From an uncultured Thiotrichaceae bacterium (GTDB lineage Bacteria > Pseudomonadota > Gammaproteobacteria > SZUA-229): a stretch of DNA of 64,000 nucleotides. Position numbers and translations under genes: made by a program. Where the stretch lies: NCBI GenBank assembly GCA_964441285.1, contig CAYTUK010000005.1, positions 3,596 to 67,595 on the forward strand, in the 5' to 3' direction. Below, piece after piece: positions 1-10,770 of the stretch; position 1 is the stretch's first letter, and the number at the start of each line of letters is the position of its first letter. The notes beneath the pieces are model-generated. The model was not told the origin of the DNA. It did not search any database and saw only the letters and a program-made list of their open reading frames with translations.

Positions 1-264
1 GTATGCCAGCTTAAACGGCCAGGCTAATGTCATTGCAATATTTGAACCTATGCCACCAACCCACTGCTTGCCACGACGACCGCGACCTGCGGTTTGCTTT
101 TCTGCAAAACAGACTATCGGTAATTTTCTTCCCTGACGAAACTGCTGTATCACCCAGTCATTGGTTGAACTGACTTCATCAAGCACAACAATATCGACTT
201 CATACTCATTGGCAAACAATACGTTTATCTGTTCTAAAAATAGCTTAGCATCTGACTTACACAT
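1..264 (-). CDS. birA: Biotin--[acetyl-CoA-carboxylase] ligase (BirA family), partial; C-terminal part runs off the window
   Basis: The minus-strand translation MCKSDAKLF...VLDEVSSTNDW...KQTAGRGRRGKQW carries the BirA ligase-domain motifs GRGRRG(R/K)xW. The ATG is at 264..262 (minus). Confidence 0.6.
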   Translation of the reverse strand, partial: MCKSDAKLFLEQINVLFANEYEVDIVVLDEVSSTNDWVIQQFRQGRKLPIVCFAEKQTAGRGRRGKQWVGGIGSNIAMTLAWPFKLAY

Positions 265-404
265 AAAAAATCACCGGAGAAACAGCTAATGGATTATCCC
301 GCACATAAAAAATCAGCAAAAGCCTGCATTCAAGGTTAGAATATACACCTTATCCCATTAGCAAAATATGGGTCGACAAATAGCCGATAACTCAAAAAAA
401 ATTC

Positions 405-2078
405 ATGACCGCCGAAGCAACCGACACCACCCCGAACAATTTTATTCGCACGATTATTCAGGACGATCTGAGCGCAGACAACCACCGCTGCATTCAAACG
501 CGGTTCCCACCCGAACCGAATGGATATTTACACATCGGGCACGCAAAATCCATCTGTCTGAATTTTGGTATTGCTGAAGATTTTAATGGCAAATGTAACC
601 TGCGATTTGATGACACTAACCCTGAAAAAGAAGATGATGAATATGTAAACGCAATTGAAGCCGACCTTCGCTGGCTGGGTTTTGAGTGGAGTCAGCTGCA
701 TCATGCCTCGGATTATTTTGCACAACTGTATGACTATGCCATTGATTTAATTAAGGCAGGCAAAGCTTATGTGGACTCACTTAGCGCAGAACAAATTCGT
801 CAATACCGTGGCACATTAACCAAACCAGGCAGGGAAAGCCCCGACAGAAACCGCAGCATCGAGGACAATCTTGATTTATTCTCACGCATGCGGGCGGGCG
901 AATTTAAAGATGGCGAGTATTTACTGCGTGCAAAAATTGATATGGCCTCGCCCAATCTGAATATGCGTGACCCGGCACTGTATCGCATCAAACATACCCA
1001 CCATCAACGCACGGGTGATGCCTGGCCAATCTATCCAATGTATGATTATACGCATTGCATTTCTGATGCCATTGAAAATATTACCCACTCATTATGCACG
1101 CTGGAGTTTGAAGACCATCGTCCGCTCTATGACTGGGTACTCGATGAGGTCAAAACTCTGGCGCACCCCCAACAAATTGAGTTTGCACGACTGCAACTAA
1201 AATACACCATCACCAGTAAACGCAAACTGAATCAGCTGGTAACAGAACACCATGTTGAGAGCTGGGATGATCCGCGTATGCCCACCCTTTCCGGCCTGCG
1301 TCGACGCGGTTACACACCTGCCTCCATTCGCGATTTCTGTAATCGCATTGGGGTAACCAAAAAAGACAGCTTCATTGAAGTGGCCGTACTGGAAAACTGT
1401 ATTCGGGAAGATTTAAACGAACATGCCATTCGTGTTATGGGGGTGTTAAATCCACTAAAAGTTACCATCGAAAACTATCCTGAGGATAAAACCGAAGCAT
1501 TAACCGCAAAAAATCATCCACAAAAACCAGAAATGGGAACACGCACGATTCCGTTCAGCAAAGTTATTTATATAGAACGCAGCGATTTTCTCGAAGCTGC
1601 ACCCAAAAAATTCTTCCGCCTTTCCATCGGTCGTGAAGTCCGCCTGCGTTATGCCTATTACATCACCTGCACCGACATAGTGAAAAATAAAGCGGGTGAC
1701 GTTATCGAATTAATTTGTCAGTACGACCCACAAACAAAAGGCGGATCTTCCCCCGATGGTAGGAAAGTTAAAGGCACCATTCACTGGGTGTCGGTGGTTC
1801 ACGCCATTGATGCAGACATTAATTTATACGACCGTCTGTTCACTCACCCCAATCCAGCTGCAACCGAAAATTTTATCGAACACATTAATCCCGATTCATT
1901 ACAGCAGCTCAAACAATGCAAACTTGAACCCTGTTTAGCGGATGCAGACACTAATTTACATTATCAATTTGAACGTACCGGCTATTTTGTTAAAGATATA
2001 AAAGCTGGAGACCTAACATTCAATCGCACCGTGACACTGCGTGATACCTGGGCAAAACTGGATAAGCAAAACAGTTAA
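405..2078 (+). CDS. glnS: Glutaminyl-tRNA synthetase
   Basis: 557 aa with FIRTII...[17 protein letters not shown] (class I HIGH) and a full-length GlnRS-like sequence. Confidence 0.95.
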   Translation: MTAEATDTTPNNFIRTIIQDDLSADNHRCIQTRFPPEPNGYLHIGHAKSICLNFGIAEDFNGKCNLRFDDTNPEKEDDEYVNAIEADLRWLGFEWSQLHHASDYFAQLYDYAIDLIKAGKAYVDSLSAEQIRQYRGTLTKPGRESPDRNRSIEDNLDLFSRMRAGEFKDGEYLLRAKIDMASPNLNMRDPALYRIKHTHHQRTGDAWPIYPMYDYTHCISDAIENITHSLCTLEFEDHRPLYDWVLDEVKTLAHPQQIEFARLQLKYTITSKRKLNQLVTEHHVESWDDPRMPTLSGLRRRGYTPASIRDFCNRIGVTKKDSFIEVAVLENCIREDLNEHAIRVMGVLNPLKVTIENYPEDKTEALTAKNHPQKPEMGTRTIPFSKVIYIERSDFLEAAPKKFFRLSIGREVRLRYAYYITCTDIVKNKAGDVIELICQYDPQTKGGSSPDGRKVKGTIHWVSVVHAIDADINLYDRLFTHPNPAATENFIEHINPDSLQQLKQCKLEPCLADADTNLHYQFERTGYFVKDIKAGDLTFNRTVTLRDTWAKLDKQNS

Positions 2079-2244
2079 TCGTATTTTACCGCACCACATA
2101 TTGATAGAGCACCTGTCCATGCAGCGCCGAATTGCCTAAGCAGCCACTACAAGGCCATAACCAGGTTACACATACTCTGGCGACACCGTTGAAGGAAAGC
2201 CACTCCCTTTAAATTCATTGAGTTCCGAAAAAAGTAAACGACTT

Positions 2245-2266
2245 ATTACTGAAATGGATGAAAAGG
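2245..2266. repeat. Solo left terminus (ATTACTGAAATGGATGAAAAGG) of the palindromic extragenic element family
   Basis: It is identical to the first ~22 nt of the full copies at 13001 and 15377 but has no core. Confidence 0.5.
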
Positions 2267-2547
2267 CAAAAAATATGACACTATTTGTCATCATTCCCCT
2301 ACACAACTATCCTGATTAAACCGACAGAAATAATTAGCGATATTTCTTTTCAATTGATAAAGTGCTCGTCACTGTTTCAGCGTGAGCTGTACAGTCTTTA
2401 AATGATCTAAAAAAGGAAAACCTCAAATGGAAATTCTTAAATTTATCGGTAATGAAATTAGCTATTTTTTTAAATCGTGGCTGGATATTTCTATACAGAA
2501 AATTCAGCAAATTCTCAATACTGGAAAAACCGGACTTTAAACAACAT

Positions 2548-2675
2548 ACTAACAGTACAGATGAAAAGGATACTCATTGTTCAAGACCGTTAGCCGCAAG
2601 AATGCGGGTGTCGAGTCTACAGAGATATATTCACCACAGTCTTAAACAATGAGTATTCTTTTCATTCGTTTCAGC
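2548..2675 (+). repeat. Palindromic extragenic element, full copy D (arm 2560..2587, core, arm 2639..2666)
   Basis: Left arm gatgaaaaggatactcattgttcaagac pairs with right arm gtcttaaacaatgagtattcttttcatt at 25 of 28 positions. The core is cgttagccgcaagaatgcgggtgtcgag. The termini are ctaacagtacagatg on the left and cgtttcagc on the right. Confidence 0.8.
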
Positions 2676-2699
2676 AATAAAACACTAAGGAGCAATAAA

Positions 2700-3437
2700 A
2701 TGGATTTAACAGGATGTCTATCAAACACAGGAAATAAAACAAGCATTACTGCATTTCTTGCCATGAGTTCACTAACTCTGAGTTCACTAATTTTTACCGC
2801 AGAGGCAAATGCCGCCATTATTATCAATGAAGTTGACTATGACCAACCCGGAAAAGACCGTGCCGAGTTTATTGAACTGTTTAATAATGGGAGCCATCGT
2901 GTTTCGCTTGAAGGGTATAGCATTAAGCTAATAAATGGCGCAAAAAATACCACTTACCGGACCATTAACCTGGATACATTCAATATGAATGCAGGTGGTT
3001 ATTTTGTTATCTGTGGTGATTCCACTCGAGTTGAAAACTGTAATTTTGATTTCACAAATAAAACCGGCTGGATACAAAATGGCGCTCCTGATGCACTGGC
3101 ATTATATGATCAACGGCATATTGTGGATTCGCTATCGTATGAAGGCAGCCTGTCGCCATATACAGAAGGCGCGCCTGTTATTGCCAAAGACAGCAACAAA
3201 CTCATCACTGACCTGTCTCGCCTGCCAAACGGGATTGACAGTAACGTCAATCGTACTGACTTTAATTTAGGATGTATCACACCGGGTACAGCCAACATTG
3301 CGGGAACAGGTAACTGTTCAACAGTGAGTGTGAGTGCAGTTCCTGTTCCTGCAGCTATCTGGCTATTAAGTTCAGGTTTGGCTGGTTTTATAGGTATCGG
3401 TTATAAAAAGAAGATAAATAAAACAGTTACATCCTGA
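2700..3437 (+). CDS. Secreted lamin-tail-domain (LTD) protein with a C-terminal VPLPA/PEP-CTERM-type sorting signal (putative exosortase substrate)
   Basis: An AAGGAG RBS lies 8 nt before ATG 2700; the six-frame ORF start at 2649 runs through the repeat element. There is an N-terminal hydrophobic signal (…AFLAMSSLTLSSLIFTAEANA). The LTD-like segment is IINEVDYDQPGKDRAEFIELFNNGS. The C-terminus is VPVPAAIWLLSSGLAGFIGIGYKKK, that is a motif followed by a TM helix and a basic tail. Confidence 0.8.
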   Translation: MDLTGCLSNTGNKTSITAFLAMSSLTLSSLIFTAEANAAIIINEVDYDQPGKDRAEFIELFNNGSHRVSLEGYSIKLINGAKNTTYRTINLDTFNMNAGGYFVICGDSTRVENCNFDFTNKTGWIQNGAPDALALYDQRHIVDSLSYEGSLSPYTEGAPVIAKDSNKLITDLSRLPNGIDSNVNRTDFNLGCITPGTANIAGTGNCSTVSVSAVPVPAAIWLLSSGLAGFIGIGYKKKINKTVTS

Positions 3438-3450
3438 CACGCCTTTAGCC

Positions 3451-3485
3451 GGGTAAAAAAGTAGCATTATGCTGCTTTTTTACCC
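3451..3485. terminator. Bidirectional rho-independent terminator between the convergent LTD gene and tyrS
   Basis: gggtaaaaaagtagca-ttat-gctgcttttttaccc is a 15-bp stem with one U·G pair, and it has A/T runs on both sides. Confidence 0.6.
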
Positions 3486-3490
3486 TTTAG

Positions 3491-3575
3491 TTACTGAAAC
3501 GGATATTTATGGTTCAAGACCGTCAGCAGGGATGCGATGTCGAGCCGACATGGATGTATTGGCAGCGTGTCGCTG
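3491..3575 (+). repeat. Palindromic extragenic element, copy E (left arm and core present; right arm degenerate)
   Basis: ttactgaaacggatatttatggttcaagaccgtcagcagggatgcgatgtcgagccgacatggatgtattggcagcgtgtc. No matching right arm is visible before the tyrS stop. Confidence 0.65.
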
Positions 3576-3588
3576 ATTTGAAATAATT

Positions 3589-4788
3589 TTAACGTACAGA
3601 AAGTTTTGCAAACTTGCGTTTACCTACCTGGAAAACAGCCTCGGTACCTGATTGAATTCTGATTGATTTATCCGCTATTTTTTCACCATCAATTTTTACT
3701 GCACCCTGCTGAATCATCCGCATAGCATCACTGGTGCTAGAACACAATCCTGCGTCTTTTAATAAATTGGCAATCGGATAACCTTCATCGGATGCATCAA
3801 AATTCAATTCAGGAATATTATCCGGTATTTTATTTTTAGCGAACTGCGCAATAAAGCTTTGTCGTGCTGATGTTGCTGCCTGCACAGAATGAAACCGTGT
3901 AATAATTTCTTCCGCCAGTAAAAACTTGACATCGCGTGGATTTTTACCCTGATCAATTTCCTGCCTGAAACCTTCGATTTCAACCATTGGGCGGAAACTT
4001 AATAATTCAAAATAACGCCACATTAACGCATCAGAAATTGACATGATTTTACCAAACATATCATTGGGCGCATCATTAATACCAATATAATTGTTCAATG
4101 ACTTGGACATTTTTTGCACCCCGTCCAGCCCTTCGAGAATCGGCAGAGTGAGTACACACTGTGGCCTTTGTCCGTGTTGTTCCTGTAATTGACGCCCCAT
4201 TAACAAATTAAACTTCTGGTCAGTGCCACCCAGTTCTATGTCCGCTTTCATCACCACTGAATCATAGCCCTGAATTAAAGGATAGAGAAACTCGTGTATC
4301 GCGATCGACTGCCCACTTTTATAGCGTTTACTGAAATCATCACGTTCCAGCATTCTAGCAACCGTGCTGCGGGCGGCAAGCTTGATCATCTCGGCACTGC
4401 TCATTTGAGCCATCCATTGTGAATTAAACAAAATCTGTGTTTTCTCTTTATCCAGAATTTTGAATATTTGTGTCTGATAAGACACAGCATTATTCTCAAC
4501 ATCTGTTTGCGTCAGTGGCGGACGAGTTACTGATTTTCCAGTAGGATCGCCAATCATGCCGGTAAAATCGCCAATCAGAAACATGACTTCATGTCCCAGA
4601 TCCTGAAACTGGCGTAATTTATTGATCAATACGGTATGTCCAAGATGTAAATCCGGCGCGGTTGGGTCAAATCCAGCTTTAATACGCAGAGGTCGTCTTT
4701 CATTTAGCTTTGCTATTAACTCCTTTTCGACAAGAATTTCATCTGTGCCGCGCTGAATTATCTCAAGTTGCTGCTCAATGGACTTCAT
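3589..4788 (-). CDS. tyrS: Tyrosyl-tRNA synthetase
   Basis: 399 aa with [10 protein letters not shown] (HIGH) and KMSKS. It is divergent from the M23 peptidase, as in Pseudomonas. Confidence 0.95.
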   Translation of the reverse strand: MKSIEQQLEIIQRGTDEILVEKELIAKLNERRPLRIKAGFDPTAPDLHLGHTVLINKLRQFQDLGHEVMFLIGDFTGMIGDPTGKSVTRPPLTQTDVENNAVSYQTQIFKILDKEKTQILFNSQWMAQMSSAEMIKLAARSTVARMLERDDFSKRYKSGQSIAIHEFLYPLIQGYDSVVMKADIELGGTDQKFNLLMGRQLQEQHGQRPQCVLTLPILEGLDGVQKMSKSLNNYIGINDAPNDMFGKIMSISDALMWRYFELLSFRPMVEIEGFRQEIDQGKNPRDVKFLLAEEIITRFHSVQAATSARQSFIAQFAKNKIPDNIPELNFDASDEGYPIANLLKDAGLCSSTSDAMRMIQQGAVKIDGEKIADKSIRIQSGTEAVFQVGKRKFAKLSVR

Positions 4789-4984
4789 AGATTTTCCTAA
4801 CTGGTATTAGAGTAAAAAGGTGTATAAGATACCCGCGCTGAGCAGCTTTCTCAACAAAAATGTAAGACAATTTTTAAGTTCTCTGCTTTTATACCTTTTC
4901 TTAAAGACTTTCACCGAAAAATATTGACCAAAACACTATAACCAACTACATTCAGCTAATAACAACAACCCATTATCCACACTG

Positions 4985-6448
4985 ATGTCATTGATTAATA
5001 AAGATTTCCGAACGCACAATACGGCATCAATTATTCACAGAAATACTAAATTGCGCTGGTCACTCTTTGCGATTACCTGCATTATTATTGCCATTGCCAT
5101 CGTGAGTAAATTTTGGCCGCCGGTAAAAACAGAGATAAAAATGCCACCCCTCTCTTTCACCCATTCTACTAAAGATAAAAATACCGCCGGTGTCGATACA
5201 GCTCACCCTGTAATGCAAGGTATGGTCCGCGAAAAATTCTCTCTCAGCCTGCCAAAACTACAACCCAAAAAAAAGAAATCTATAAAACAGGGCGTTTCTA
5301 ATCAGGCAAATAATACGCCATTAGACCAATGGCGAAAATTTAAAGTTAAGTCTGGCGACAGCCTCGCTCGATTATTTAAACGCGCAGGCATTAGCGCCAA
5401 ACAGGTTGATGAATTAATGCGCTCCGATGACGCAGTAAAAATACTGCGCCGAATTTATCCTGATAATATGCTTCGTATACAGGCCGATGCCGATGGTACG
5501 CTTCAGGCGCTACGCTACGATATTAATAAAAAGTCCTCGCTCATAGTGGAACGCAAAAACGGACACCTGATTGCAAAGATAGCACACCACCAGATTGATG
5601 TTCGCACAACTCACGCAAGTGGAAAAATTAAGTCCTCGCTTTATCTTGCAGCAAAAAGGGCGGGTATCTCACAAAATATTATCATGAAGATGGCAAGTAT
5701 TTTTGGCTGGGATATAGATTTTGCACAGGACATTCGTGCAGGCGATCAGTTTACTGTTTTATACGAAGAACTCTATCATAATGATGAAAAAATTGCAGAC
5801 GGTAATATTCTTGCTGCCGAATTTATTAACCAGGGAAAAACGTACCGTGCAGTTCGTTACACCAACCCACAAACCAATATAAGCGAATATTACACGCCTG
5901 GCGGTAAAAGTATGCGTAAAACTTTTTTACGCACACCCGTCAAATTTACCCGCATCAGCTCACGCTTTAGCCTGAATCGCTACCACCCGATACTGCATAG
6001 ATTTCGTTCTCACAAAGGTGTCGATTATGCGGCTAAGCGAGGCACACCTGTCTATGCAGCCGGTGATGGCAAGGTGATATTTGAAGGCAGAAAAGGTGGT
6101 TATGGGCGTGTTATCATTCTGCAACATGGGCCTAAATATACAACACTCTATGCCCATTTAAATAGTTTTAACCGAAAAATCAGGCCTGGATCCAGAGTTA
6201 AACAAGGACAAACTATCGCTTATGTTGGTAGTTCAGGGCTGGCAACCGGCCCCCATCTTCACTACGAGTTTCGGGTAAATGGCACACACAGAAACCCCCT
6301 CACGGTAAAACTGCCAAAATCCAAACCCATACAGAAACGCTACCTTGCTAATTTTGAATTAATGACTACCCCCATACTGGCACAACTGAACTCGATCTCT
6401 CGCAACCAGCAGCTGGCGCTGGCTGATACCCGATCCGACAAAGATTAA
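4985..6448 (+). CDS. mepM: M23-family murein DD-endopeptidase (MepM/YebA-like) with an N-terminal membrane anchor and an OapA/LysM-like region
   Basis: HKGVDYAAKRGTPVYAAGDGKV...GYGRVIILQHG...TLYAHL are the M23 motifs. The tyrS–M23–anmK synteny is conserved. Confidence 0.85.
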   Translation: MSLINKDFRTHNTASIIHRNTKLRWSLFAITCIIIAIAIVSKFWPPVKTEIKMPPLSFTHSTKDKNTAGVDTAHPVMQGMVREKFSLSLPKLQPKKKKSIKQGVSNQANNTPLDQWRKFKVKSGDSLARLFKRAGISAKQVDELMRSDDAVKILRRIYPDNMLRIQADADGTLQALRYDINKKSSLIVERKNGHLIAKIAHHQIDVRTTHASGKIKSSLYLAAKRAGISQNIIMKMASIFGWDIDFAQDIRAGDQFTVLYEELYHNDEKIADGNILAAEFINQGKTYRAVRYTNPQTNISEYYTPGGKSMRKTFLRTPVKFTRISSRFSLNRYHPILHRFRSHKGVDYAAKRGTPVYAAGDGKVIFEGRKGGYGRVIILQHGPKYTTLYAHLNSFNRKIRPGSRVKQGQTIAYVGSSGLATGPHLHYEFRVNGTHRNPLTVKLPKSKPIQKRYLANFELMTTPILAQLNSISRNQQLALADTRSDKD

Positions 6449-6458
6449 CACACATAAA

Positions 6459-7622
6459 ATGCTGTCTGATCTTTATATTGGCCTCATGTCCGGTACCAGT
6501 GTAGACAGCATTGATGCCGTGCTGGTTGATTTTTCTGATGCCTCCCCGCATCTTATTGCCAGCTTAAACAAAGACTGGCCACTAGAAATACGTAATGCAA
6601 TTTTTGCCACACGCTACCTGACCGATAATGAACTCAGTTCACTCCAGCAACTCGATAGTAAAATTGGAGATATTTTTGCACAGACAACAAATGCATTATT
6701 AAAACAGGCCGGTATTACTACAACAGCAGTCAAAGCTATTGGTAGCCACGGTCAAACTATTCGTCACCAACCAAACGCAGCCAATCCATTTTCTCTACAG
6801 ATTGGTGATGCTACACGCATCGCTCAGCAGACAAACATCAATGTGGTTTCAAATTTTCGTACTGCTGATATTGAAATGGGGGGCCAGGGTGCACCGCTCG
6901 TCCCGGCATTCCACCAGGCGGTTTTCCACAGTGATAAAAAGAATCGGGCCATTGTAAACATTGGCGGCATTGCCAATATTACTGCCTTACCCAAACAACG
7001 AAACAAACCCGTGATCGGCTTTGATACTGGCCCTGGCAACAACTTAATGGATGCCTGGAGCACAAGACATAAACGAGGAAATTATGATAAAAATGGCGAT
7101 TTCGCTGCCAGTGGCACAACCAATACGCACTTATTAGCCAAGTTGTTACGGGAAAACTATTTTCAGTTGGCGCCACCTAAAAGCACCGGTTTTGAACTTT
7201 TCAATTTGACCTGGCTGGATAAATATCTTGCCAGCTCGCCCAGTACTGCTTTAAAAAGTACTGAGGTGCAAAGCACATTGTGTGATTTAACAGCGATATC
7301 TATCATCCAGGCAATTAGTCAGTCTGCTGAAAACACAGATGAAATATATATTTGTGGCGGCGGTGTACACAATAAAGAACTAATGCGACGATTGCAGATG
7401 CTGACTAAATTACCTGTGACTTCGACACAGCAGCTCGGCATCCACCCCGACTGGGTTGAAGCCATGACTTTTGCCTGGTTAGCAAAGCAGAGAATAAAAG
7501 ACTTACCTGGAAATCTGCCTGCAGTTACCGGCGCAAAACATAGCGTTGTATTAGGGAATATCACCTACCCAAACGCAACCCCTTCCAGGCCAAACCCGCC
7601 TGAGATAAAAAATAACACATAA
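6459..7622 (+). CDS. anmK: Anhydro-N-acetylmuramic acid kinase
   Basis: MLSDLYIGLMSGTSVDSIDAVLVDF is the AnmK N-terminal signature. The length is 387 aa. Confidence 0.93.
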   Translation: MLSDLYIGLMSGTSVDSIDAVLVDFSDASPHLIASLNKDWPLEIRNAIFATRYLTDNELSSLQQLDSKIGDIFAQTTNALLKQAGITTTAVKAIGSHGQTIRHQPNAANPFSLQIGDATRIAQQTNINVVSNFRTADIEMGGQGAPLVPAFHQAVFHSDKKNRAIVNIGGIANITALPKQRNKPVIGFDTGPGNNLMDAWSTRHKRGNYDKNGDFAASGTTNTHLLAKLLRENYFQLAPPKSTGFELFNLTWLDKYLASSPSTALKSTEVQSTLCDLTAISIIQAISQSAENTDEIYICGGGVHNKELMRRLQMLTKLPVTSTQQLGIHPDWVEAMTFAWLAKQRIKDLPGNLPAVTGAKHSVVLGNITYPNATPSRPNPPEIKNNT

Positions 7623-7646
7623 CCAGAAAGTGGTTAATGCCTGTCG

Positions 7647-8810
7647 CTATCGTTTATCCATATCAAGATAACACTGAGATTCATTACCTGTATAAATCTG
7701 TGTTGGTCTAAAAATTCGATTATCTGACAACTGTTCGCGCCAATGCGCTAACCAGCCAGCAACGCGTGATATAGCAAAAATCGGGGTGAACAGGTCAGTT
7801 GGAATGCCCATTTCTGTATACAGAATGCCGGAGTAATAATCCACATTCGGGTACACGCCTTTGGGTCCAAGTCTGGCTTCACAGGCCTCTTCCAGCCTCA
7901 ATGCTGTTTCAAACTGCGAACTTAGATTACCCTGTGTCTCACCCCATTCAACCATCATTTTCTGTAATACAATGGCCCTTGGATCCTTGGTTTTGTACTC
8001 ACGATGCCCCATGCCCCAAATAACTTCTTTTTTAGCCAGTTTGTTATCCAACCAGGCCGAGGCATTTTCAGGCCGACCAATTTCTTTTAGCATTTCAACA
8101 ACACGTTCATTAGCACCACCATGCAACGGCCCGGCCAGGGTACCAATTGCAGCAGCAATAACCAGAAAGGGACTTGCCAGAGTCGAGCCACAAACCATTG
8201 CAGCAAAGGTAGATGCATTAATCGTATGCTCGGCATGCAATACCAAACAGGCATCCATAATTTTAACTTTTAACGGATCTGGGTCTTTACCCTCAAGCAT
8301 ATACAAAAAGTTTTCAGCATGTGTCAGATCATCTCTTGGCTCCACCGGATCATACCCATTTCGTATGTGCTCCCACATGGCAACAATCGTTGACATACGC
8401 GATATGATTTTCACCGACATGCTGTGTATATATTCCACATCATTACCCGCAATACCGTCTGAAAGAACCTCTTCACCACCATAAAACATACCCAGACTAG
8501 CAACAGCCGTCTGCAACATTTCCATCGAGCGTCCCGATGTTGGCAGGTTTTTCATAATACTGCGTATTCTATACTTAAGCCGACGTTCAGCTCTTAACTG
8601 CTGATCAAAATCTTCAAGTTCCGGCTCTGTCGGTAAATGACCATCAAGCAATAGCAGGGCGGTTTCTTCAAAGGTACTTTTCTCAGCCAGTTCGCGTATA
8701 TCGTAGCCGCGATAAGCTAATATGCCTTTCTCGCCATTGATCGATGAAATGTTAGATTTGGTAGCTGGCACACCAGCCAGTCCGGGTAAATATTCACTGG
8801 TCATATTCAT
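7647..8810 (-). CDS. Citrate synthase, short (CitZ/PrpC-like ~385 aa) type
   Basis: GILAYRGYDIRELA...GHREYKTKDPRA and a typical citrate-synthase fold. The likely start is the ATGAATATG at 8810, which has AGGA upstream. The ORF track extends to 8849. Confidence 0.85.
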   Translation of the reverse strand: MNMTSEYLPGLAGVPATKSNISSINGEKGILAYRGYDIRELAEKSTFEETALLLLDGHLPTEPELEDFDQQLRAERRLKYRIRSIMKNLPTSGRSMEMLQTAVASLGMFYGGEEVLSDGIAGNDVEYIHSMSVKIISRMSTIVAMWEHIRNGYDPVEPRDDLTHAENFLYMLEGKDPDPLKVKIMDACLVLHAEHTINASTFAAMVCGSTLASPFLVIAAAIGTLAGPLHGGANERVVEMLKEIGRPENASAWLDNKLAKKEVIWGMGHREYKTKDPRAIVLQKMMVEWGETQGNLSSQFETALRLEEACEARLGPKGVYPNVDYYSGILYTEMGIPTDLFTPIFAISRVAGWLAHWREQLSDNRIFRPTQIYTGNESQCYLDMDKR

Positions 8811-9024
8811 ATCCTGCTTTTGGAAAGGTAACTTAACAAACATTATCACAAAGGGTTTATGACAATTAAAAATTCATATAATTTCCCACTGCTGTCCCGT
8901 TAATCTTAACGGCAAATAGTGTATACCCATGCTGCATTAAGGATAGATTGTCTATACTGATACATGGTGGGTTTTATTGCTGTGAGTAGTAATAATTTTT
9001 TATATCTGGCAAGACGGTACAAAT

Positions 9025-9067
9025 AAAACAGCACCAGAAAATACATTATTCTCCTGGTGCTGTTTTT
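9025..9067. terminator. Bidirectional intrinsic terminator downstream of erpA
   Basis: aaaacagcaccag-N17-ctggtgctgtttt forms a 13-bp stem flanked by A-runs and T-runs. Confidence 0.6.
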
Positions 9068-9109
9068 GCGTTATAGCGGACAGTAAATCCGTCTATTTCA
9101 AGCCTGTCT

Positions 9110-9484
9110 TTAGACTGAAAACGACGAACCACAGCCACAGGTTGATTTTGCATTTGGATTATTAATCACAAAACGCGCACCTTCCAGACCTTCCAGATAG
9201 TCCACTTCTGCGCCATTCAAATACTGCATACTGGTGAGGTCAACCAGCATCGTTGCGCCTTTATTTTTGATCACTGCATCTTCATCATTAACGCTTTCAT
9301 CAAATTTAAAGCCATATTGAAAGCCGGAACAACCACCACCTTCAATCATTACCCGTAATTTCAGATTCTCATTATGCTCTTCTTTTACCAGTGCATTAAC
9401 TTTTTCAGCCGCAGCATCAGAAAACTTAACCGTTGCACCTTCAACCACTTTGGGTTTTGGTGCAAAACTAACTTGAATATCCAT
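9110..9484 (-). CDS. erpA: Iron-sulfur cluster insertion protein ErpA (A-type carrier)
   Basis: 124 aa with CSGFQYGF…CGCGSSF, the three conserved cysteines. Confidence 0.9.
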   Translation of the reverse strand: MDIQVSFAPKPKVVEGATVKFSDAAAEKVNALVKEEHNENLKLRVMIEGGGCSGFQYGFKFDESVNDEDAVIKNKGATMLVDLTSMQYLNGAEVDYLEGLEGARFVINNPNAKSTCGCGSSFSV

Positions 9485-9569
9485 TACTAACTCGACTGTT
9501 ACTGTATTAAGACAGGCTAAATTAACATTACCCGAGTTATTTAGTCAAGTATTCACAAGACTTCAACCT

Positions 9570-10031
9570 TTAGCCTGATACAACGGCAGTATCATCCAAC
9601 GGATGATCTTCAGCTGATGAATCAGCGGCGATCTCTTCTGCTTTATGCTCAAGGTACTTGTTTTCGCTGGTATTATGTAACATTTTACCGTTAATTTCAG
9701 CCCCACTCGCCATTTCCAGCAAGTTGTAATAGACATTGCCTAAAATACGCGCTTTAGCTGATAGCTCCAATTTTTCCGTGGCATAAACATTCCCCGCTAC
9801 TTCGCCATTAATAACCGCGTAAGCAACATGGACATCACCCTCGATTCGTCCTTTATCACTCACAATCAGGATCGCACCCATATCATCCTGTGACTCCACC
9901 GCACTCACATTACCAATAACATTGCCATCCAGATGTAAACCACCATGAAACTTGATATTACCAGTAACTTCTACACCCTGGCCGATTAAAGTATCAATTT
10001 TGGATGATTTGATTTTCTTCTTGTTAAACAT
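9570..10031 (-). CDS. Bactofilin (CcmA-like polymer-forming cytoskeletal protein)
   Basis: A beta-helical repeat GxxVxG.. pattern: IGQGVEVTGNIKFHGGLHLDGNVIGNV…. Confidence 0.85.
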   Translation of the reverse strand: MFNKKKIKSSKIDTLIGQGVEVTGNIKFHGGLHLDGNVIGNVSAVESQDDMGAILIVSDKGRIEGDVHVAYAVINGEVAGNVYATEKLELSAKARILGNVYYNLLEMASGAEINGKMLHNTSENKYLEHKAEEIAADSSAEDHPLDDTAVVSG

Positions 10032-10032
10032 A

Positions 10033-10770
10033 TCACACCCCTTTTGCAGTCAGATCTGACCAGGAAAATTGTTCATCGATCGGTTTGATCCTGCCTCTTT
10101 TAGGGTTGACTCTGACACGTACGGAGTCTGGCTGAAATGCCTTTGGCAAGGTCATAGTACCTTTAAAACGCTGAAAATATTTAAAACTAAATTTCATTAC
10201 CTTTTTATTCCCACTCGAAATATTGCTTAATTTTAATGTCGTTGGCTCGCCTTTAATCACCCCTTTAATCGAAATATGGATGATGCCTCGGGCAAAACGA
10301 TCATTGCGACCACGCTGGCTTATCATAATTTTGTACTGATAGCCACCATTATCGTCTGCTCTTAACTGAAAGGTCTGAATAGAAAGACTTCGGCTGCCTT
10401 GCTCAGGTGCAACGATGCTTTTATAAAAAATAAGTTCTTTGCTAAGCGTCAGCACTTTACTTTGTGCTTTAATCAAACTGCCTTTCAATTGTTCAGACGC
10501 ATCATCATCAATTTGTCTGTTACGTTCAAGCATAGACGCTTGCCGCTGAGTTTCAACACTTTTGGCCTGCAATTTTTTAACTTGAACGGTTAGCTGTGAA
10601 ATACGTTGTTGTGTCGTTGCGCTGTCATAACCTGCTGCATAACGGCCAGATTCATATGCCATCCAGACAGCAACCAGTGCGATGCATAAAAGCACCAACA
10701 GGCTAATAATCCAGAGCCATGGACGCTGAACAACAATGATTCGGTGACTGTAACCTGGTTTCATATTCAT
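10033..10770 (-). CDS. Hypothetical membrane-anchored coiled-coil protein (bactofilin-associated, as in PA0663/PA0664-like loci)
   Basis: It has an N-terminal TM helix and a coiled-coil ([26 protein letters not shown]). It overlaps argC by 4 nt. Confidence 0.7.
   Translation of the reverse strand: MNMKPGYSHRIIVVQRPWLWIISLLVLLCIALVAVWMAYESGRYAAGYDSATTQQRISQLTVQVKKLQAKSVETQRQASMLERNRQIDDDASEQLKGSLIKAQSKVLTLSKELIFYKSIVAPEQGSRSLSIQTFQLRADDNGGYQYKIMISQRGRNDRFARGIIHISIKGVIKGEPTTLKLSNISSGNKKVMKFSFKYFQRFKGTMTLPKAFQPDSVRVRVNPKRGRIKPIDEQFSWSDLTAKGV

Noticed and set aside
2360-2400. CTGT…ACAG and TGACA-N5-TGTCA palindromes in the glnS downstream region, considered as possible LexA-type operators.
   Set aside because: The spacing does not fit the LexA consensus CTGT-N8-ACAG. 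There is a single occurrence and no SOS gene is adjacent. It is probably chance.
7861-8484. 207-aa plus-strand ORF antisense to citrate synthase. Similar long antisense ORFs lie inside argC (11431–11763), parC (32124–32549), valS, feoB and gatA.
   Set aside because: Each lies wholly inside a well-supported conserved gene on the opposite strand. Their compositions are low-complexity and Ser/Pro/Arg-rich, typical of antisense frames, and none has an RBS or a recognisable domain.
9570-10770. The bactofilin plus coiled-coil membrane protein pair, considered as a candidate novel system.
   Set aside because: The same pair in the same position (erpA–x–x–argC–hemJ) is conserved in Pseudomonas-like genomes. 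It is a core cytoskeletal module, not an accessory insertion.
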